IMG/VR virus record: IMGVR_UViG_3300028840_003267
Source of the DNA: an uncultured virus (IMG/VR IMGVR_UViG_3300028840_003267)
Lineage: Duplodnaviria > Heunggongvirae > Uroviricota > Caudoviricetes
Length of the DNA stretch: 20,000 bases
Direction: 5' to 3' (one strand)
A program made the translations under genes and the position numbers. The notes under the pieces are model-generated. The model was given only the letters and a program-made list of their open reading frames with translations. It ran no database searches and was not told the origin of the DNA. Numbering within the stretch: the first letter of the stretch is position 1; every line of letters begins with the position of its first letter. This document shows positions 16,514 through 20,000 of this stretch, piece by piece.

Positions 16514-17878
16514 TTATAGAACCAGACGACCAGAGTCCAGCTCTCCTGCGAAGTCCAATCGCGCTCGGAGAAGGTCGAGCGATAGGAACATCGGCTTAAT
16601 GAACAGTCCAGAAAGTGCGTAGTTGTAGTCCCCTGTAACGCGAGAGACGACATGGTACCGAAGGGTCTCAACACGGGAAGTTACCAAGTTCCAGTCATTT
16701 AGACGCACCCGCGTCTCAGGATTCGATCCTGAGTCTATACGTAGGTGTACTCTCTCAACCGGTTGGTCTGTTGGATCCAAGAGTATGTTGATTGTGGTGA
16801 CAACTCCTCCTGTAAGAGCGTATGATTGCCTTGTGTTTGGCTCCAGCTCCACGAAGAGGTTGACGTCATTATCGGGCTCAACCTGAATGTTCCACTGGTT
16901 GACTTGGTCCGTGGGGAAGTTGGGGACAAGTTTCTTGAAGAGGTGGAACTTTCCTCGGTCATCCGTGGTGGCGTGCAGCCGTGTTCCATCCCAATTGATC
17001 TTCCCTCTCTCTACATTCCAGAAGAGAGGATAGTCCGCTTTGATTGGAGCACGGAGGATAAGGTCATTCTTATCGAATAGCTTCTCTTGGATAACGGTTC
17101 CGGCTGCTGTCTGTAGATAGATGTACATGAACTCTTCTGGTCGAGCGCTGGTGAGCAGCGGACCAGACACCCAATCTACAACGAAGGGACCTACTCCAGA
17201 GGAGGTGAAGACGCCAGGGGTAGTGGGGAGTACCCGTGTCTCTGATTCATACGCTGGGTAGGCTCTCAGGAGGATGAGGGCGCGATCGGAGAGGTCGTAG
17301 GGGATGTCCTCTTCAAGAGTGACCTGATAACTATAGACGCCTCCTACGGACGCTGTGAGGGTAGCTGCGGTGACCCCAATCTCAGCAGCCGTGAAGACGA
17401 GGACATCCCCTGGATAAATCTTCCATGTGGAGTCGACGTTTATGACATTCGCTCCAGGACCCGCGATGTAGCTTCCATCCGATTCAATTGGTTGCCCATA
17501 GACCTCTACAGGAGTGTAGGAGGGATAGGCTGCCTGTACGCCCGTGGAGAGGAGAAGCTCGTTGTTATCTACGTTGAAGTCTTCAACAATCTTGACTTCC
17601 CGTCGATTGATCCGAATCCTCGTCCCCAGCGTGATGCTTGGCGTAGGAAAGCTCTCCAGGAAGATGATCTGGTCATTCAGTTTGACATCTTGCGAGAGCC
17701 TGGAGAAGTTGTAAGGAAGAAGGGTAGGAAGAATATTCCCCGTCTTTCGGGCGAAGCGCACGCTTCCGCTCATGAAAAGGTCGGTTGGGAGAGTAATTCC
17801 ACGCCACTTGTGATATCCTACATGTGAGGAAGGAAGCGCGGAATTTGTAAGATTATGAATCTGCTCCAGAATACCCAT
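16514..17878 (-). CDS. Hypothetical beta-rich protein, probably virion structural (454 aa)
   Basis: Long ORF in the same orientation, beta-strand-rich composition, adjacent to baseplate-like genes. Confidence 0.65.
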   Translation of the reverse strand: MGILEQIHNLTNSALPSSHVGYHKWRGITLPTDLFMSGSVRFARKTGNILPTLLPYNFSRLSQDVKLNDQIIFLESFPTPSITLGTRIRINRREVKIVEDFNVDNNELLLSTGVQAAYPSYTPVEVYGQPIESDGSYIAGPGANVINVDSTWKIYPGDVLVFTAAEIGVTAATLTASVGGVYSYQVTLEEDIPYDLSDRALILLRAYPAYESETRVLPTTPGVFTSSGVGPFVVDWVSGPLLTSARPEEFMYIYLQTAAGTVIQEKLFDKNDLILRAPIKADYPLFWNVERGKINWDGTRLHATTDDRGKFHLFKKLVPNFPTDQVNQWNIQVEPDNDVNLFVELEPNTRQSYALTGGVVTTINILLDPTDQPVERVHLRIDSGSNPETRVRLNDWNLVTSRVETLRYHVVSRVTGDYNYALSGLFIKPMFLSLDLLRARLDFAGELDSGRLVL

Positions 17879-17905
17879 GGTGTCATGTTCAGATAACCGC
17901 TGGAG

Positions 17906-18466
17906 CTAGTGACGGTAGTCTGGACCGTCCTCCTGATCCTCTTCCTCGTCTTCATCGTCCACTTCTTGGCAACCTCCGCAGTCGGAACAGAAGTAGTCTT
18001 TGTCTTCTACGGTGTCGACGAAGATCCTATTCTCCTGGTCATGAACGAAGCCCAAATCTTGTAGAAATTCAGGGTCTTGCATCAGTCGTCGCTGCTCTAA
18101 GATGTTTTCCAACTCGGGCGGAAGCTCCTCTTCCATGCCACGCATTGAGATGTAGTCCATGAGCAGCGAGACTTGACTCAGAAGGTAGCAGGTAGCAGAC
18201 GAAGCCAGTCCTACCAGAGGCCATAGAGCAAAGGTGCTCCAGGTGTACGTGAGTCCTTGTGTTGCCAGATGGACCAAGGCATAGGATAGAAGCCCCGTCC
18301 AGAACCCTAGACAGAAAGAGCAGCCAAAGAGATTCTCGAAGAAGGCGTACTTCCCACGGAGTTTCTCTATACGGGAGTCAATGAAGCCAGGGAGCTTCCC
18401 TTCTTGTAGCGCAAACACCAAGGTATACGACACCAGTAGGGTGATGACGAACGCAAGTATGGTCAT
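17906..18466 (-). CDS. DUF1360-like membrane protein with acidic, Cys-containing C-terminal extension (186 aa)
   Basis: Three hydrophobic segments and LFGCSFCLGFW (L..C..C...W, DUF1360 hallmark). Tail FCSDCGGCQEVDDEDEEED. Confidence 0.7.
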   Translation of the reverse strand: MTILAFVITLLVSYTLVFALQEGKLPGFIDSRIEKLRGKYAFFENLFGCSFCLGFWTGLLSYALVHLATQGLTYTWSTFALWPLVGLASSATCYLLSQVSLLMDYISMRGMEEELPPELENILEQRRLMQDPEFLQDLGFVHDQENRIFVDTVEDKDYFCSDCGGCQEVDDEDEEEDQEDGPDYRH

Positions 18467-18506
18467 GTTTGATCCCTCTAGTGGCTTTGACTAGATTTTA
18501 TTGAGA

Positions 18507-19118
18507 CTAGGGGAGATTTTCGTCGATTCGGTCGATGAGTCCCTTGACCTCAAGAGCCAAGGTGGACAAGTCGTCGACTTTTTCAGTCAATGTATGCGCG
18601 AGATCGCTGGTAGCCTCGTCCAACTCTTTGTTGGCGTCGTGCGCCCCAAGAGAGAAGACAAGCTCGTCGAGGTGAGATAGAGCGCTGCTAACATCGTCCA
18701 TGGCTTCTTCGAGCTTGTCGTCCAGGTCTTCCAGAGGAATCTCAACCTGAGCATTCTTCTTCGGACTCTTGGTAGGTAGCTTCTGAAGTGCCTCGGCTAT
18801 CTTGCCTTCCTGGACAAGCGCGACGACCTGATCGACATCGATCTGACCGTCGTCTTGTTCGGCACCGTTTTCATCCCAGGGATGACGGATAACGATGACC
18901 GGTTGGCCTTCAGCGTCATCATGCCCAGTGTCGAAACGAATGTCGACGAAGCCTTGCTCTCGTAGCCAAGAAGCCGCTTTGTGAATGATATCCGACTCTT
19001 GGTCCTCTGGGACTTCTTTGTTCACAGCGACAGCAGGAGCAGCCTGTGTACCCCACTGTGTAACACGTACCGGGAACTGTGCCTCCAACTGATCAGCAAT
19101 GTCATGAGTAAAGTGCAT
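18507..19118 (-). CDS. Acidic hypothetical protein with C-terminal helical/coiled-coil region (203 aa)
   Basis: GGAG SD upstream; D/E-rich heptads in the last ~75 aa. Confidence 0.7.
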   Translation of the reverse strand: MHFTHDIADQLEAQFPVRVTQWGTQAAPAVAVNKEVPEDQESDIIHKAASWLREQGFVDIRFDTGHDDAEGQPVIVIRHPWDENGAEQDDGQIDVDQVVALVQEGKIAEALQKLPTKSPKKNAQVEIPLEDLDDKLEEAMDDVSSALSHLDELVFSLGAHDANKELDEATSDLAHTLTEKVDDLSTLALEVKGLIDRIDENLP

Positions 19119-19158
19119 CCTCTATCTCCATAGTTGAGACAAGTGTCCCAACCTGTTA

Positions 19159-19347
19159 TTAAAGTAACCCCGATCGGTTTAAGAGGAGATCTCCTCGACT
19201 TTTTTTGTTTCTGCTCATGAAGTTCGCTTCATCGATAAGGAGGAGACCTGCTGTCTCTCCGCGCTTCTCATCAGAACCATTGAACTTCCCAAGCTCTTCT
19301 TCAAGGGCATCGAACCAATCGAAGAAGTCTGTCTCCTGTGCCTGCAT
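19159..19347 (-). CDS. Small protein (62 aa) carrying a terminase/helicase Walker-B-like peptide
   Basis: Strong TAAGGAG SD (19355-19361); fills the gap exactly; contains RGETAGLLLIDEANFM. Confidence 0.6.
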   Translation of the reverse strand: MQAQETDFFDWFDALEEELGKFNGSDEKRGETAGLLLIDEANFMSRNKKSRGDLLLNRSGLL

Positions 19348-19377
19348 GGCTACTCTCCTTATACTTTGACCAGAATT

Positions 19378-19764
19378 TTACTGATTTTGATCGAGGGGAA
19401 CGAGAATCCAGGCACCTTCATCGATTGTGAGCTGCCATGTGAATCCGTCCTTCTGGGGAAGCTCGTAGAAGTCCATGAAAGATTGGCCAATTTCGATCAG
19501 TCGATTCCTCTTGCGGTAGACTTCTTGCTCTTGAGGGGAGATGATGTCTCGTTCCAGCTTTTCTATCTGTTGGTTGAGTTGACGGATGCGCAAGTAGGCT
19601 TGAGCTACCATATCTAGCGCTTGCTTTTCCTTGCCATTGATCTCGCGGAGAAGTTTGAGATGGTCCGCTTTGAGGTCGATTCTCTTCGGGAAGCCTACCT
19701 TGGGGGTGGCAGTTGCCGACTTCTTGGAGGCTGTACGGGAATTCTTAGAACTTTTGCTGGACAT
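19378..19764 (-). CDS. Hypothetical protein with basic N-terminal tail and coiled coil (128 aa)
   Basis: AGGAAAGGA SD; S/K-rich N-terminus; heptads RIRQLNQQIEKLERD. Confidence 0.7.
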   Translation of the reverse strand: MSSKSSKNSRTASKKSATATPKVGFPKRIDLKADHLKLLREINGKEKQALDMVAQAYLRIRQLNQQIEKLERDIISPQEQEVYRKRNRLIEIGQSFMDFYELPQKDGFTWQLTIDEGAWILVPLDQNQ

Positions 19765-19769
19765 AGGCT

Positions 19770-19854
19770 TCCTTTCCTGAGTTTCTACCAGTCAACATAC
19801 ATTGACTAATCCAGTTTGAGACAGAGGTATCAGTCTCTTGTAGAAAGGATAACC
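19770..19854 (-). promoter_or_regulatory. Structured 5' leader (three-stem junction with alternative anti-SD pairing) containing both intergenic motifs
   Basis: Stems TTTCTAC/GTAGAAA, GAGAC/GTCTC and TAGTCAA/TTGACTG; GGTTAT at 19849-19854. Confidence 0.45.
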
Positions 19855-19893
19855 AATATTCTTGAAGTGTTGGGAGGTAAGGGCTGGGTTGGT

Positions 19894-20000
19894 TTAGACG
19901 AGGACAGGTCGCTCGATTCCAAGGAGAATCTCTACGGTGTTACCAGGGGTAGCAGCGTAGCCGGTGTTGTCGACGACATAACCGATGCAGGTGACATACT
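19894..20000 (-). CDS. C-terminal end of an upstream gene (partial), possibly a virion protein
   Basis: Manual translation ...YVTCIGYVVDNTGYAATPGNTVEILLGIERPVLV* with TAA at 19894-19896. Codon bias resembles the structural genes. Confidence 0.55.
   Translation of the reverse strand, partial: YVTCIGYVVDNTGYAATPGNTVEILLGIERPVLV

Noticed and set aside
12357..17878. Bacterial eCIS/T6SS locus rather than phage
   Set aside because: No sheath, tube, VgrG/PAAR or ATPase genes here. Interspersed DUF6011/DUF1360-like and small orphan genes fit a phage better, though capsid and terminase are not in the window to confirm.
19782..19846. Possible hammerhead ribozyme or tRNA-like cloverleaf
   Set aside because: CUGANGA/GAAA core not properly present; no T-loop (TTCRA) or D-loop consensus.

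Overview
Gene-dense fragment of a large tailed-phage-like genome with 21 tightly packed CDSs, all on the minus strand. I found no rRNA, tRNA, CRISPR array or mobile-element gene. The left two-thirds is a virion tail/baseplate/fibre module: a permuted NlpC/P60 amidase missed by the ORF track, a DUF4376-like protein, a beta-helix tailspike-like protein, an NxAxG-repeat fibre, a CBM5/12-like protein and two proteins with eCIS/phage baseplate-attachment-like N-termini. Small non-structural genes are interspersed (C2H2 Zn-finger, DUF6011, DUF1360-like). The most unusual signal is in the short intergenic gaps. Two recurrent motifs, GGTTAT and TCTRGTCAAAG(TAT), sit upstream of different gene sets, and in three cases they abut or overlap inverted repeats that would bury the ribosome-binding site or start codon. 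This suggests a promoter-choice-dependent translational switch analogous to T4 late-gene control. All family assignments are by-eye motif recognition, not database hits.
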